NCBI GenBank assembly: GCA_030324005.1
Contig: JARDVH010000031.1
Span: forward strand, 10,966,315-11,030,314
Direction of reading: 5' to 3'
From: Negaprion brevirostris
Lineage: Eukaryota
DNA: 64,000 nt
In this document: piece by piece, positions 1-11,954 of the stretch
How the letters are laid out: every line of letters starts with the position of its first letter
How positions within the stretch are numbered: position 1 is the stretch's first letter
Translations under genes and position numbers: made by a program
The notes under the pieces: generated by a model
Told to the model about the DNA's origin: nothing
Databases searched by the model: none
What the model saw: only the letters and a program-made list of their open reading frames with translations

Positions 1-222
1 TGGAGCCTGCAGCATGACCTTAAGGGAGGCATTGTCAAAATGTGGTGCTGCTTCAGGACACTGTGGCCTGAATGTAATGGCCCCAATACAGGGTGGGGTG
101 GCATATGGGAGGGGTGGGGGGGGCATTCAGTGTGGGGTGAGGCTGAAAAATGTGGTGAGCCATTCAAAAATCCATTGTCTTCAACAGGTGTGGAAAATCC
201 CACTGGCGGATAATTCCACCCT
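1..222. mobile_element. Right end of a non-autonomous Harbinger-like DNA element (truncated by window)
   Basis: GC-rich body ending ...ggcggataattccaccc, resembling the termini of other MITE-like elements in the window (e.g. gagaattccaccc near 36180). Confidence 0.45.
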
Positions 223-767
223 GTATCTCCGTATCTGTAAGATTGAGTTCTGTGAAAGTCTGACAACTGCAGGGTTCAAATATTTCAGCTGAAATAGATT
301 GCTGCGGATCATCATCACACTCCTTGCAGTAACTCGTCAGAAGAGCCAGAAGTCAGATGCAAACAGAGTGGATAGTTAAAAAGCGATTGGCAAATGCACT
401 GCTAAAACATCTAGTTTGCCAATGTACTGTCAGGTTTCCCTGCTGTGAACAGATTTGAACATTAAAATTCGGAATCATGTTTCAGGTCAATAACATCAGA
501 ACTGCTACACATTCCAGCACTTTCTGATTTTATTTCAAATATTTGATTTTTGTAATAAAATGAACCTAGTATGACAAGCAAATTATCTTCCTCTGCTGTT
601 TTGGCAGGATTCGAGTTGTATGTTTGAATTTGTTTCTGAAAGTAACCAGTTTTGTTAACATTCCCACCAGGCAGAGTGAAAAAGTGCTGTTGGGAAGGTT
701 TTGAGAAATGGCTCAATAAGCAGTCTTTGTNNNNNNNNNNNNNNNNNNNNNNNNNNNNNNNNNNNNN

Positions 768-806
768 CGCCCCCCCCCCCCCCACACACGCACACACACA
801 CACACA
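768..806. repeat. poly-C plus (CA)n microsatellite
   Basis: Directly visible next to an N gap. Confidence 0.9.
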
Positions 807-829
807 ACCTCCAGGATCTCGGCCACTGC

Positions 830-1471
830 AACCCAGATGGAATTTCACAATAGGATGGACAGGGCCTTGGGCAAGAAGCCCACCACTGCCCCTATCAAGG
901 CCCTTAAGTAGCCACTTGTGATCTTTTTCTGCCTAACCTCAATTTTTAGGCTTCTGGCCACTGGTTGGATCAGGATACCAAGTAGAAAAAGTGAACAATC
1001 TCAATCTTGGGCAAGAAGGTGGGTGAGTGGCAATGCCCCAATCAGAAGGCCCCTTCAGATTAGGAGCACCCTCCCCTCAGGGGCCTGGGAACTCCAGCCC
1101 TCCCTCACCCCTTGGCCTTACCCCCACATCAAAACCATCCCTCTCTGGATCCCCCAGGGCATCCCCTAGCCTCCTGCCCCTGGGATCCCTGGTACTTCCT
1201 GAAGTGTGGACCCAGGACTTAGGCTCAGGCATGTACTGCAATACCTTTTCTGGCCACTGCAAGTACCTTGCCTGGAGGAACTGGAAAGCTGTCGGCTAAT
1301 CTGATTGGCAGGATCTCCTGCCAAGGGCGGATGAAATTCTGCCTGCTGGTAATCAACACTCAATTGGATGTGGAATGGCAACGGGCCTGTCAGAATCGGC
1401 AGGGATGTGTTCCCCACTGACTCACAGGAGGACGAGCACCAAGTACTCACTATTTTGAAAATTAAGGCCCA
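830..1471. mobile_element. Non-autonomous Harbinger-like element (MITE type)
   Basis: Shares internal motifs (ggcccttaag, ctgattggc) with 6680-7405 and 14003-14727; ends aaaattaaggccc. Confidence 0.55.
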
Positions 1472-2574
1472 AGTTTTTATTTCTGAATGGAGTTTTCATT
1501 ACCTGTGTGCCTAGTTGCTGTACAACGGGGCAGATCACACTACTGACTATGAGTTAATTATGTTCCTTCAGAATTCAGAAAGGCCTATAACTCATAGAGA
1601 CGTAAGTGAATTACAACAGTATTGTGCTTGAGTGAAAGAACAGCTGAAACGTTGATTACCAGTGAGATAATTGGTTAATTATTTTAGAGTGAACAGTCCT
1701 TGAAATCTTAGCACAGCTTTAACAGAGAGAGACTTCTCATTAGTACAATCCTGAAAACGAAACAAAAGATTAACAGTGCTTTTTGTCTAGCTCGATGTTT
1801 TTTTTCTAAATGATGATGACATCGGCAAAGAAATTGCTCGGAAGAGGTGCTAAGCGTAGAATTATGAAGAAGATGCATTATCATACACCGTTCAAATGAC
1901 AAGCCAGCTAAATTGCCCTGCATCAATAACTAATTACAGATGTTAATTGAACTTCTTTGTACTGCCTCACTCTTTAATTCATCCCAGGCACTTTGCCCAA
2001 CGATTGCAGAATCATTTGTGATTTCTATGACATCGCAGAAAGAAATAGACTTTTCAACATTTAGTTACCCCCTCCCATGGGTAATGTTCCCCAACACCAT
2101 GATTTTAGAGAAGTTCATACAAGGTGGATCTATCCACTGTAAGCCTAGCCATAATCATTTAATGGGGATGTGTACAGTCAATTGGTTGGCCTTGTTTCTC
2201 CATTGAGAAACAATAACAAATGTTGCTTATTCTCCCTGTGGGGCCACTGACAGGTATTAATTTGTTTTCATATTTATATAGATGGTGAGGTTGATAGCTT
2301 CCCAAAAAGATGGCATTTTACTTTTGTGTCCAACTCAGAGTCATTACTGATTTTGCAGAAACCAAACTAACTGAAATTTTATTTCTGTCCAAGTTAACCT
2401 CAGCTACATCTCACTTAAGTAGTTAATGTGGGTGGCGACAACTCACACTCTGTGTAATCACTCAATGGCCAATGCTAAGTTCTATATCATTAACAAATTA
2501 ATTGTCAAAGGATGGAAAGTCTTTGGAGGAAACATTAATATCTTAATAACCATGCAGGACCCCCAGGCATAGAG

Positions 2575-3545
2575 GCCCCAATTTTATGTAGAGGATAACC
2601 CCAGCAGTTGCACCAAAATGTCACTTCTGGTATGATCCCCTGCCAATGTTTCTATGATCAATGGAATAACCCCTTCTTACATAAGTGCCATCTGGGATAT
2701 TTTTCTGTCCCCACCTGCCTTGTGGCTGGAATCTGAAATGGTTGCCAGCCCATTGGAAAGAAAGAGTTGCCCACCCCCCAGACTGTACTATGGTGCAACT
2801 CACATCTAAACAATTTGCCAAGGGCACTTTCCAAGGCTGGACTTTATGTGGCCTTGTGAGTGCGACCTTTCTCAGTGTGACTGCTATTGATACACCATGC
2901 CCGCCCCCATCCAGAACCAGGACTGGCAACTCCTGGAGGGGGGAAGGGGGACAGGATGGCGGAGGGGTGGAATTAGATTAGATTGGGGAGTTTAGGTCGG
3001 GGATAGGGTCAGAACAAGCTCAGGGAAAAGAAGAGGAACACGGTCGGATCTGGGGGGAGGGGGCGGACTGGGAGAGTCAGGCTGGGANNNNNNNNNNNNN
3101 NNNNNNNNNNNNNNNNNNNNNNNNNNNNNNNNNNNNAGGCTGGGAGTGGGGGTGAGTGTTGGACCAGGCCAGGAGTGGGAGTTCAGACCAGGAGACAGGG
3201 GGTGAGGGGGAAACGTTCATGCAGGCCCCAGAGGGGAAGGGAGTGGGATGGGTGGTTGGTCAAGTCAGGAAGGGGGTGAAGGTAGGCTGAACAGAGAAAG
3301 GAGTGGTCAGGTCTGAGGTGGGGAATGAGAATAGTGTGGAGGATTTGCTGGGGGTTGTGTGTATGTAAAACTCGGTCTGAGTTTTCTAAGTAGTTATTCA
3401 GAACTTAGGAGTGATTTTTTCCCCTACTCTTTCAGAGTAACAATCAGGGTAACACTGATGGAACCATTCAAAACTAATGATTTAAGTCACTTTGTCAGAT
3501 GCTTCCCAGTCCCAGTCATTTGTCCAGAGGAAGTTAGGGGTCAAT
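2575..3545. mobile_element. Degenerate non-autonomous DNA element with G-rich core
   Basis: 3390-3460 resembles 58409-58476 and 30480-30530 (tagttacccagaagctag...ctgggtaacaa motif); each copy is preceded by G-rich low-complexity sequence. Confidence 0.45.
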
Positions 3546-4513
3546 GAGTAAAACAGCTTTCTGCTTTCAGAGGGGTACTTTGTAAAGAAGCCAAAGGCAA
3601 GAATATGGAGTTGAAGGAAGTTGTGAAGGATCATGGTTGAGGGAAATATTGTTCAGTCCTCTGTTTACAGAAATAAAGTGATCAAGAGCTTAAGTGAACC
3701 ACATAACCATGATAACAGGATGATTAGGAGAGGTGCACCTTCTTGGCTTCATGTTGTTAATGTGATGCCATTTATGTGCGTTTTGATGTGATGTGATAGT
3801 ATGCATGATATATGGAGATCAAGCTTAGAATTGGTATAAGTTTTGAGTGNNNNNNNNNNNNNNNNNNNNNNNNNNNNNNNNNNNNNNNNNNNNNNNNNNN
3901 NNNNNNNNNNNNNNNNNNNNNNNNNNNNNNNNNNNNNNNNNNNNNNNNNTTTTGAGTGAACCACTACGTTGTAATCACACTGGATTGTGCAGTGTGATGT
4001 ACCAGATTTCCGTAATGAATCATGAATTCAATAAGAAAAATCATAATCATACTGAAATCATGTGATGTGATTTGTCTGAGCACATACTTTGGATTGTGTA
4101 GCAGGAGCTTGTTAATGACTAGGTGTTGTTACAACTAATATCTGTGTGTTTTGGAGTTCGAAGTAACATAACAAAATAAAACAGGAAAGTAATCCCAACA
4201 ATCATTTGTGAATTATGAATCATTGTGAGTTTCTGGGGAACTTATGCCACTTCACAATTAGCCTCACAGAAATGGCAGCTCTCTTTCTCAACCTCTCCTT
4301 CACTTTCAAAAAACTGCTGCATTTGGGCATTAATTGTCCATTAAACTTAGCACAGGAAGTTAAAGCTGGAACTTAATAGTGTTAGGAATCTTTTAATTGA
4401 TGTGATTTAAGTTCCTGCACTGGAACACATGCCTTCTGGCCTGGAAAGGAAACAATTGAAACAATAAAGTAGCATTCCATTAGAGAGTTTTTAACATTTT
4501 TTTCTTAGTTTTT

Positions 4514-4641
4514 GAGGATTGAGCCCCTCCCACCCTTGTTCACTCTGTCATTTGATGTAAGGCAAGGAACTTTACATGAACTGCTGCTTATTTTAAGGAC
4601 TTTTAGCTGGAATCTTTTTGACCTTCCTCTTCTAAATCCAG
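4514..4641 (+). repeat. Direct repeat copy A (partner 5676-5932)
   Basis: gaggattgagc...ctgtcatttgatgtaaggcaaggaa...cttattttaaggacttttagctggaatctttttgacctt...aatccag is present in both copies. Confidence 0.9.
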
Positions 4642-4647
4642 AAGAAA

Positions 4648-4970
4648 AGCCATGGCTCAGTTGGTAGCACTCTCACCTCTGAGTCAGAAGGTTCAAGTCC
4701 TACTCCATGATTTAAAAATCAAGACTGACATTCTAACTCAAGTACTGACGGAGTGCTGCAGTATCAAAGGTGCTACCTCTCAGAAAAGACATTAAAGCAA
4801 AGCTGATTCTTCCCTCTCAAGTGGAAGTAAAAAAATCACAACATCACAAAAACAGATTATCTGATCTTTATCATTGCAATTTGCAGGAGCTTGCTGTGCA
4901 CAAATTGGCTGCCTACATTAAAACATTGACGATATTTCCAAAATACTTCATTGGTTGTAAAGCACTTTAG
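4648..4970 (+). mobile_element. SacSINE1/DeuSINE-type tRNA-derived SINE
   Basis: A box TGGCTCAGTTGG, B box GGTTCAAGTCC, Deu-domain-like core (acagattatctgatc...gcttgctgtgcacaaattggctgcc) and tail acttcattggttgtaaagcacttt. Confidence 0.8.
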
Positions 4971-5040
4971 CAAGTTAGAGGCCTTGCTCTGATTGGCCTA
5001 TTTGTTTTCTCTAATACTTTTTAAATTTTGCTGTTCAAAC

Positions 5041-5140
5041 CAGTGTTTGCTGGTCACGTTTTGGCCATCAATTTCATGGACCATCTGGAGAGTCTTTGTG
5101 GTCCCATGGGTACCCGCAGACCACAGCTTGGAAACCCCTG
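5041..5140. mobile_element. Short hAT-like MITE remnant
   Basis: Termini cagtgttt... and ...gaccacagcttggaaacccctg resemble hAT/Charlie ends; no convincing TSD. Confidence 0.35.
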
Positions 5141-5675
5141 ATTTAAGGGGACAGATTTTTGCTATCATACTTGACCCAAAGTCTCAGATGCCCCATTGCC
5201 CTCCTCACAGTATCAGCTCCCACTTCCAGCAAGTTGCAGTGCTAACTATATCTGAGCTGAAGGATGACGGATAAAGACTAACTAATAGGACAGCCTAAGC
5301 AAAATTCACATCAAAGTCTGTGCAATGAATGCAGAGTTTGTTATGCAGATTTTACATTTTCTGAGACCTTTTAATTGGTGCTTATGAATGTAATCTGTTA
5401 ATATAAACAATAAAGCGTAACTCCTTAGTGCATGTGGAATATTCCCAAGAATTTTCTCTTGCGACCTGTGATCTTTCCTAACTGTTTTCAGTTGTTATTA
5501 AGGTAGCACTGATGGTTCCCTGCTCCCTAGTAAATCCTTTTGAAAGCTTTTCATTCCAAAATGCGATTAGGTTCCATAATCCACTTTACATGTGGAATTA
5601 CTTCCAGTTAATTAAAATAGCACAACCTGACAGATTAAATATTCCAAACAAGTTTGCTATTCTCTCTCAAGGAAG

Positions 5676-5932
5676 GAGGATTGAGCACCTCCCACCCTGG
5701 TTCACACTGTCTGTCATTTGATGTAAGGCAAGGAATACTACATGAACTGCTGCTTATTTTAAGGACTTTTAGCTGGANNNNNNNNNNNNNNNNNNNNNNN
5801 NNNNNNNNNNNNNNNNNNNNNNNNNNNNNNNNNNNNNNNNNNNNNNNNNNNNNNNNNNNNNNNNNNNNNNNNNNNNNCTTATTTTAAGGACTTTTAGCTG
5901 GAATCTTTTTGACCTTTCTCTTCTGAATCCAG
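5676..5932 (+). repeat. Direct repeat copy A' (interrupted by a 100-N gap)
   Basis: Matches 4514-4641; the gap is flanked by an identical 25-mer. Confidence 0.85.
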
Positions 5933-5934
5933 GC

Positions 5935-6112
5935 GACAATATTCCTCTCATGCCACTTAGAAGTCTCAAATGCTAAGCTTTAAACAGGTGAGTGGCAAAC
6001 AGTTCAAGGATTGGAAAACAACGAGGTGTACTTACACCTCATGAAAAATCGATGAAGGCAGTCAGAAGCAAAAGGGAGGAATATATGTTTTACATCTTTT
6101 GACAGAAGCATC
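5935..6112 (+). repeat. Left arm of a diverged inverted repeat (partner 7537-7715)
   Basis: Reverse complement aligns to 7537-7715, e.g. ctttaaacaggtgagtgg / ccactcacctgtttaaag. Confidence 0.85.
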
Positions 6113-6141
6113 AATAAGTATTGGGTATTACATTGCATGCT

Positions 6142-6575
6142 TTCAGCCATGGTTTGGTTCAAATCCATTGAATCAAAAGTTTGAGGCTTCAAACCCCACT
6201 TCAGAAATTTGAGCACAACATCAAGGCTGACACTCCAGAGGAGTATTAAGTAATCATTTCTTTGTCAACTGTATAATCCTTCCAATGAGATATGAAAGTG
6301 GGGTCCCATCTGCCCACCCAGCTGGGTGTATAAGAGCTCATGTCATCATTTTGAAAAAAAAAGAGTTTTCTCCCTCATACCTTTACCAATATTTACAAAA
6401 TAATCAACATCAGTAAAAGAACAGGAATTTGCTGCATGGAAAAAGGCTGCTCCATTTCCTACATTATAACAGTGATAACTTCGCAAAAAAGTATTTCATT
6501 GACTATGAAGTGCTNNNNNNNNNNCTTTGGGATGTGCTGAGGTATTGAAAGTGCTATATGACACAAGTGCTTGTT
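6142..6575 (+). mobile_element. SacSINE1/DeuSINE-type SINE, degenerate
   Basis: gagcacaacatcaaggctgacactcc head, ccaatattta core, ctttgggatgtgctgagg...gtgctatat tail. Confidence 0.7.
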
Positions 6576-6679
6576 TAGCATTCAACACTAAATTCTTCCT
6601 TCTCTGAGTATAAGCATTCTCTCCTTCACGTTACACGTTAACATTTGGGAAGCAGAAGAAATCTTTCATAGTTAATGAC

Positions 6680-7405
6680 CAGAATTTTGCATCCCACCCT
6701 TGCACTAACCTCTGGAAACAGGCTGGTAAGTGAGAAGCCTAAAATCGGGTTGTAAGATGAAGCAGGGAAGACAGGGGAGTTCAGGGGTAGGGAGAGGAAC
6801 GATGCTTTATTGCCTACTCCCCTCTACCGAGATTTTACCAGTGCCGGGGTAGATGTCAGGTGGCCTGCATGGCCTTGGACCAATTACGGTCCTCAAGAAA
6901 CCAATTAAAGGCCGCTTAAGTACTTCTTCCCACCACCATTGGTATGGATGCCCACACTTAATTGCCAGTCTGGCAGGGTTTCAGGAGGAGGGGTTTGCTT
7001 CTGTTTGTGAATCTTGTTCCCCAATGGAGACCCCACAGCAGCAAGGGCCAATCCTGCTTGTGATATGATATGCAGCCCCTCCACACCAAATCATTCCCCA
7101 AAGCCTCATGATCATCATTGCCCTCTCAGTAAAGCCACCCCACACTCCTGATTATCTAGCCTCCATTGCAGTTCCTCATTGGAGGACAGACTACAGTCCC
7201 AGCACTGACTACTGCTCCCAGTGGCACTGCTGGACTGAAGCTATCTGATTGGCTGGCAGCTCTTGGAAGTGGGACATCCTCCCACATTGGGGCCAATGCC
7301 ACAACTTGGGTAGCTGTCTGCCTGACAACTGTAAAACTCAGTTGTGTCTTCCTAGGCCAGTGAAGGCAGGCTCACCCCTGACTTTTCTGTAAATAATTCC
7401 AGCTA
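6680..7405. mobile_element. Non-autonomous Harbinger-like element
   Basis: Imperfect TIRs ccagaatttt / aattccagc; shared core (ccaattaaaggccgcttaag, ctgattggctggcagctct). Confidence 0.55.
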
Positions 7406-7536
7406 ATATATCCACTTCCATAACTTGATAGGCCGGTGACCTACACTGGCACAGAGAAACTGAGTAATTTTAGGTCACTCAAAAATTTGGCATTGTATGT
7501 GGGAAGTTTTCATTCTATTTAATGTTCAGAAATGGG

Positions 7537-7715
7537 ATGCTGCAGCTAAAATTTAAAACACATATTCCTCCCGTTTGTTTGTGACTGCTTTTATCACATT
7601 TTTGTGAGATGTAAGTAGGTCTCTTTGTTTTCCAGTCCTTGAACTCTGTCCACCACTCACCTGTTTAAAGCACAGCATTTGAAACTTCTTCTATGCTGTT
7701 AATCGAATAATGTCT
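7537..7715 (-). repeat. Right arm of the inverted repeat (partner 5935-6112)
   Basis: Direct alignment by eye. Confidence 0.85.
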
Positions 7716-7854
7716 ACTGCTTCAAGCTAGGACTGGCTGTTAAGTCGTTTGTTGCTGCTGCTCTGCATTTGCTATCCTGCTGTTTCTGCACCATTGTTTT
7801 TACAATTGGCTGCAGATTTCTTTTTCTTTGTGCCACAGAATCTGGCACTAATTA

Positions 7855-7990
7855 AAAGCAAAGTACAGCAAATGCTGGAAAGTCTGAAACAAAAATAGAA
7901 AATGCAGGAAATATTCAGCTGGACAGGCAACATCTGTGGAGAGAGAAACAGGGTTAATATTTCGGATCAGTGACTTTGTATTCTGAACTG
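7855..7990 (-). mobile_element. Penelope-type 3'-end repeat fragment
   Basis: aatgctggaaa...catctgtggagagagaaacagggttaa; same family as 59306-59489 and 61495-61597. Confidence 0.6.
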
Positions 7991-8380
7991 CTGATGACAC
8001 GAATCAACATGGACATTGAATTCAATTTGCCAGTGGCCATGCAGGGTTCAAAAAAGGAAGTGGAGTTCATGCAGAGGAAGGAAAGGCAGTTGCATAGGCA
8101 TCTCAGGCATCTGGTACCCTTTCAGGCCCAATAACACACACTTTGCCAGGGTTTAACCGTCTAGCCTTCATTGTTTACGATTTGTGAGAGAGGCAGAGGC
8201 AGTGGAGCTTTACCTATAGGAAAAATCTACCATAGGGTCAGCTTGTCCATTGAGGTGGAATTCAGCACTGTATTCAACTTTCACACAAGATCCTTTCAAT
8301 ATTTGCCACATTAATCAGAATTTGATATCTTTGTTATCTTTTGATATTTTTGATAATTACTGCATCAAGTAAAGATAAAA

Positions 8381-8520
8381 TATTTATATTTATGTAACAC
8401 CTTTCATGATCTCAGGATGTCCCAAAGTACTTTATAGTGATATTATCTCCATGGGGGAATTGTAAGCCAAAATAAACAAATTTACCAAACAAATCCCAAT
8501 GAAGAGACTAATGACAAGAT
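8381..8520 (-). mobile_element. DeuSINE-type SINE 3' fragment
   Basis: cacctttcatgatctcaggatgtcccaaagtacttt is the reverse complement of the SINE tail. Confidence 0.6.
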
Positions 8521-9011
8521 TNNNNNNNNNTTCATATCTTGTAACGTTGACTTTAGAACCAACCCAAATTAAACATGAATTAACAGATGAATAATACTTC
8601 AAATTAGAGGGAAGATTTCTCTATGAATTGTCGATACAACAAAGTTACCTCATATACAAATACATCGCCTGTATCAGTACGTGCAGACATGTGGTACCAT
8701 CTGCAGTTGCAAAGTTCTCCAATGCAGCCCCTGCTGCAGGAGGTCTTTCACTTGTCCACTTGATTGATTCAGCCCTTCAGTTATGTTTGCCAGCAGCTAT
8801 ATTCCATTTGAGGGCTCAGAAATAATCATCACCCAAATGGCAAACTTCTGCAGAACCTCCTTCGGTAAGTTTACAACCGTCCTGGTGGCGCAGATTCCAC
8901 AGAGGCCCCTTTATCTGAGCTGTTTAATAAATCTCACCAAAAGTTCTGGTCAGTTCCTGGCAAAGCAGAATCAGCAGCAGTAAAACTGTCCAGTTCACAA
9001 TCCCTGCCCAA

Positions 9012-9111
9012 ACCGTGCCTTTGACATCTATCCTGTCCCCTATGACTGTAACACACACAGACCATGCCTTTGACATCTATCCTGTCCCCTATGACTGTAA
9101 CACACACAGAC
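9012..9111 (+). repeat. 49-bp tandem duplication (2 copies, 1 mismatch)
   Basis: acc(g/a)tgcctttgacatctatcctgtcccctatgactgtaacacacacag at 9012 and 9061. Confidence 0.95.
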
Positions 9112-9132
9112 ATTCGCGCAGATGCACATGCA

Positions 9133-9136
<4 letters not shown>

Positions 9137-9165
<29 letters not shown>
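9137..9165. repeat. (CA)n microsatellite
   Basis: Directly visible. Confidence 0.95.
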
Positions 9166-9167
<2 letters not shown>

Positions 9168-9599
9168 CCTTGCAAATGTGCCTTTCTGTTCTTCCTCACT
9201 CTATTGCAGATCTCCTTAATATCTGGCCACATGGCTTTCATATGTTAACTTTCTCCCTATTGGTACTGCTTCCAGATAAAGTGTTACAGTGGAACAATTT
9301 CTTATTATTTCAAGAAAATTATAATTGGTACCTTAATTGATGTAAACTCTTAAACACTCAAATTTCTTAAAGACAATTACAGATTCCACACAATTTTTCT
9401 AAATTAAATTCTTTAAAATTTTTCTTATTGTTCTGCTTCCAGGCCAAAGATCATCACAACAGACAATAAGACAGGAATCTTACCACCGTTCACACTGATG
9501 AAATTTTCCCATCCCACCACAGAGAACAGAGATTTGCCTGGCTGCCAAATTCTCTGACCTCGCTGCAGCGGGAGCATGGTGTGAACGGTAGGTAAGATC

Positions 9600-9760
9600 G
9601 CACCTTAAATATTTTTGGAGTGTCATCACTGTGGTAATTTAGAAAACACAGCAGCTGGTTTGTGCACAGCAAGGTCACAACCTGCAATGTGATAATGACC
9701 AGATAATCTGTTTTGTTGTGATGTTTGAAGAATAAATATTGGCCTGGACACTGAGGATAA
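9600..9760 (-). mobile_element. DeuSINE-type SINE fragment
   Basis: tttgtgcacagcaag...aatgaccagataatctg...ataaatattggcctggacac. Confidence 0.75.
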
Positions 9761-9779
9761 TTTTTAAGAGATAATCTGT

Positions 9780-10015
9780 TCTTTCACGGGATGCGGATGT
9801 CATTGACATAGTCAACATTTATTGCTCTTGAGATAATGCTGATGAGCCGCCTTTTTGAACCACTGCAGTCCTTGTGGCATAGGTACATCCATAGTGTGTA
9901 ACAAAGGGACAGCCAGAATTCTGTTCCAGTGACAGTGAGGGGATGGTGATATACTTCCAAATCAGTATGGTGTGTGACTTGGGACAGAACTTGCAGATGG
10001 TGGTGTTCTCATCCT
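9780..10015 (-). mobile_element. CR1-clade LINE 3' end
   Basis: Same family as 22195-22625 and 36630-37130, and the reverse complement of 38500-38730. Confidence 0.75.
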
Positions 10016-10844
10016 TAGTTTGTCATAATTCTATTCTTTGGTCCACATTTGTTCCACAGCTCTTGGTAATTTATTTTCCCTTGTCCTTTGAACTCAGGAC
10101 TTACACCTATCAACGTGGGTACTTTCAGCTCCAACCCAAATAATCTTCTGGTGTCTCCAAGCAGAACTGCTTATGTTTGTGAACAAAATATACAGATGAG
10201 TCCAATGCAAAAGGGCAGCTCCCTGCAACCTATCTCCATGACGATATGGCATGCCTGGGATGTTCCAAATAGAAATGTACTTCAAGGTGAAACCTTTGAT
10301 TCTGAGGCCTACATGAATAATTTATATTCCTAATAGGGTTAATGACTCTCTATTCCAGACTTGTTGGTTCCACCTGGAAACTCCATAATTTAAACTCTCT
10401 AAAACTCAAACTGTTTTTAGCTTCTTTTTATCTGGGAACTACAGGCATAATTCAAATCTTTTATCATGGTAGGTTTCACCCTCCATGCTGTACCACAAGC
10501 TCAGAGAAAGATCATCTTGGAGAAAACATTGTTTACATTTTCTCCCCTCCAATTCTAACCTCATCCTTTGAATTGCCGCTACTTGAGGTGTTCCAGCAAT
10601 TTCTAAAGTTCAGCATTTGAACTACCTTACCCTTACACATTTAATCCTCCCAAACTAAAAATTACCTGCAAAAATATTAATGTAAACCATAATACTAGAT
10701 GATTATGATACATTTCTTGCCAATATTCAACATTGGGTGAGCAGAGATTTCTGCCAATATTTAGAAGAATGAGGCAATGGTCTTTGGTCCTACCACAAAT
10801 TGAGTGCCATTTTATCACTGGCATTGCCTTAAGCTGAGCAAGAC

Positions 10845-11010
10845 CATTCACAACTTTGGTGTCGAGTTTGACTCAGTGATGAGTTTCCAACCACATGTCT
10901 GCACTATCACCAAAACCGCATACTTCTTACTCCATAACATTGTTTAACTCTGACCTTGTCTCAGCACACCTTTGCTGAGACACTCATCTATGTCTTTGTC
11001 ACTGTCATAT
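10845..11010 (+). mobile_element. L2 LINE ORF2 C-terminal fragment
   Basis: Translates as HNFGVEFDSVMSFQPHVCTITKTAYFLLHNI...AETLIYVFVT, matching the L2 motif RNLGVxFD..LSF..HI....KTAYFHLRNI...AETLIHAFVT. Confidence 0.75.
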
Positions 11011-11029
11011 CTTTACAGACTAAATCACT

Positions 11030-11940
11030 CATTTGTACGTGTGCTAGATGGGTATAATGAAACTAGTTTAATCTATTTTCTTCTTATATACATGAATACA
11101 CAAATGACCATGAGATGGTGCTATTACACTCCACCCTCCTTAATGAAGAAGTTACATTGTGATACAATATTTTCAGCGAATAACATTTTCACTCACCTCT
11201 GTTTCCTTAATTCATGAATAAAACTTAATCACTAGTTTCCCTTTCCTAAAATGATGCCACTTTTTAAAATCAAACTTTCAGAATTTGTGGAAAAACCTTG
11301 GCCCAACTTAGACTGAATTTAAGGAAATGTTTCCTCCAACATGGGCTGATCTTGACCTTGTCCTACAATTCAATTTTCCAGTTCAGACATGTCAGTCTGA
11401 CTCTGAATTGGATTTGAACTGTGATATAGATCATGAGCATCTATGTTGTAGACCATGTTTTATCTTCAGAGGTTCAGGAAGAAAAAGGAAATTCAGAAGA
11501 ACCAAAAGATTCTGATGAATCAGTTAGTTTGGAAAAGAGTCAAGTAGCAATAGATATCTCAACATAAGTAATGTCAGAGACTAGTTCAGATCCAATCCAC
11601 AAGCAAACATCTTGACCAAAAATGTTCATATTCTCATGACTCTGCTTCACCTAACCTTCCAATATTCATTCACTGAAGGTATGAGAGGCAAAATGCAGTC
11701 GGCCTCTTCCCATCACAATTCAACAGATGAGTGATCACACCAATTACTTCATATGGAAAAGCATCGCATGCTATACTCATCTCTTTGGATACACAGAAAT
11801 ATACACACACCGTACCCTCTACAAGTTGATTTTCCCACAATTTGACTGCCTTGTCACATTCCTCTGTCCATTTCCAGAGAACACCCTTCTTCAAGAGATC
11901 ATTCAAAGAATACAGTTATGTATGTTCAAGTTCCAGTCTA
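11030..11940 (-). mobile_element. Gypsy LTR retrotransposon fragment (RT-connection/RNase H, PPT, partial 3' LTR)
   Basis: ORF 11670-11906 LLKKGVLWKWTEECDKA...IACDAFPYEVIGVITH...RPTAF; minus-strand purine tract AAGGAGGGTGGAG followed by TGTAAT at 11128. Confidence 0.75.
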
Positions 11941-11954
11941 GGCTATAAACAAAA

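Larger units (their letters stand above)
8540..9457. mobile_element. Possible solo-LTR-like element
   Basis: Starts TGTAAC and may end ...tcatcaca, similar to the end of 45346-46072; no TSD found. Confidence 0.3.

Noticed and set aside
4648-4720. tRNA-like sequence with A and B boxes (also at 31959, 33957, 61602)
   Set aside because: SINE heads continuing into SINE bodies; no complete cloverleaf
5753-5902. 25-bp repeat either side of a 100-N gap (similar 9-bp overlap at 3841-3958 and 12-bp overlap near 37532-37655)
   Set aside because: Most likely unmerged contig overlaps rather than biological repeats
8000-8260. Possible further Harbinger transposase N-terminal remnant
   Set aside because: Similarity too weak to support by eye
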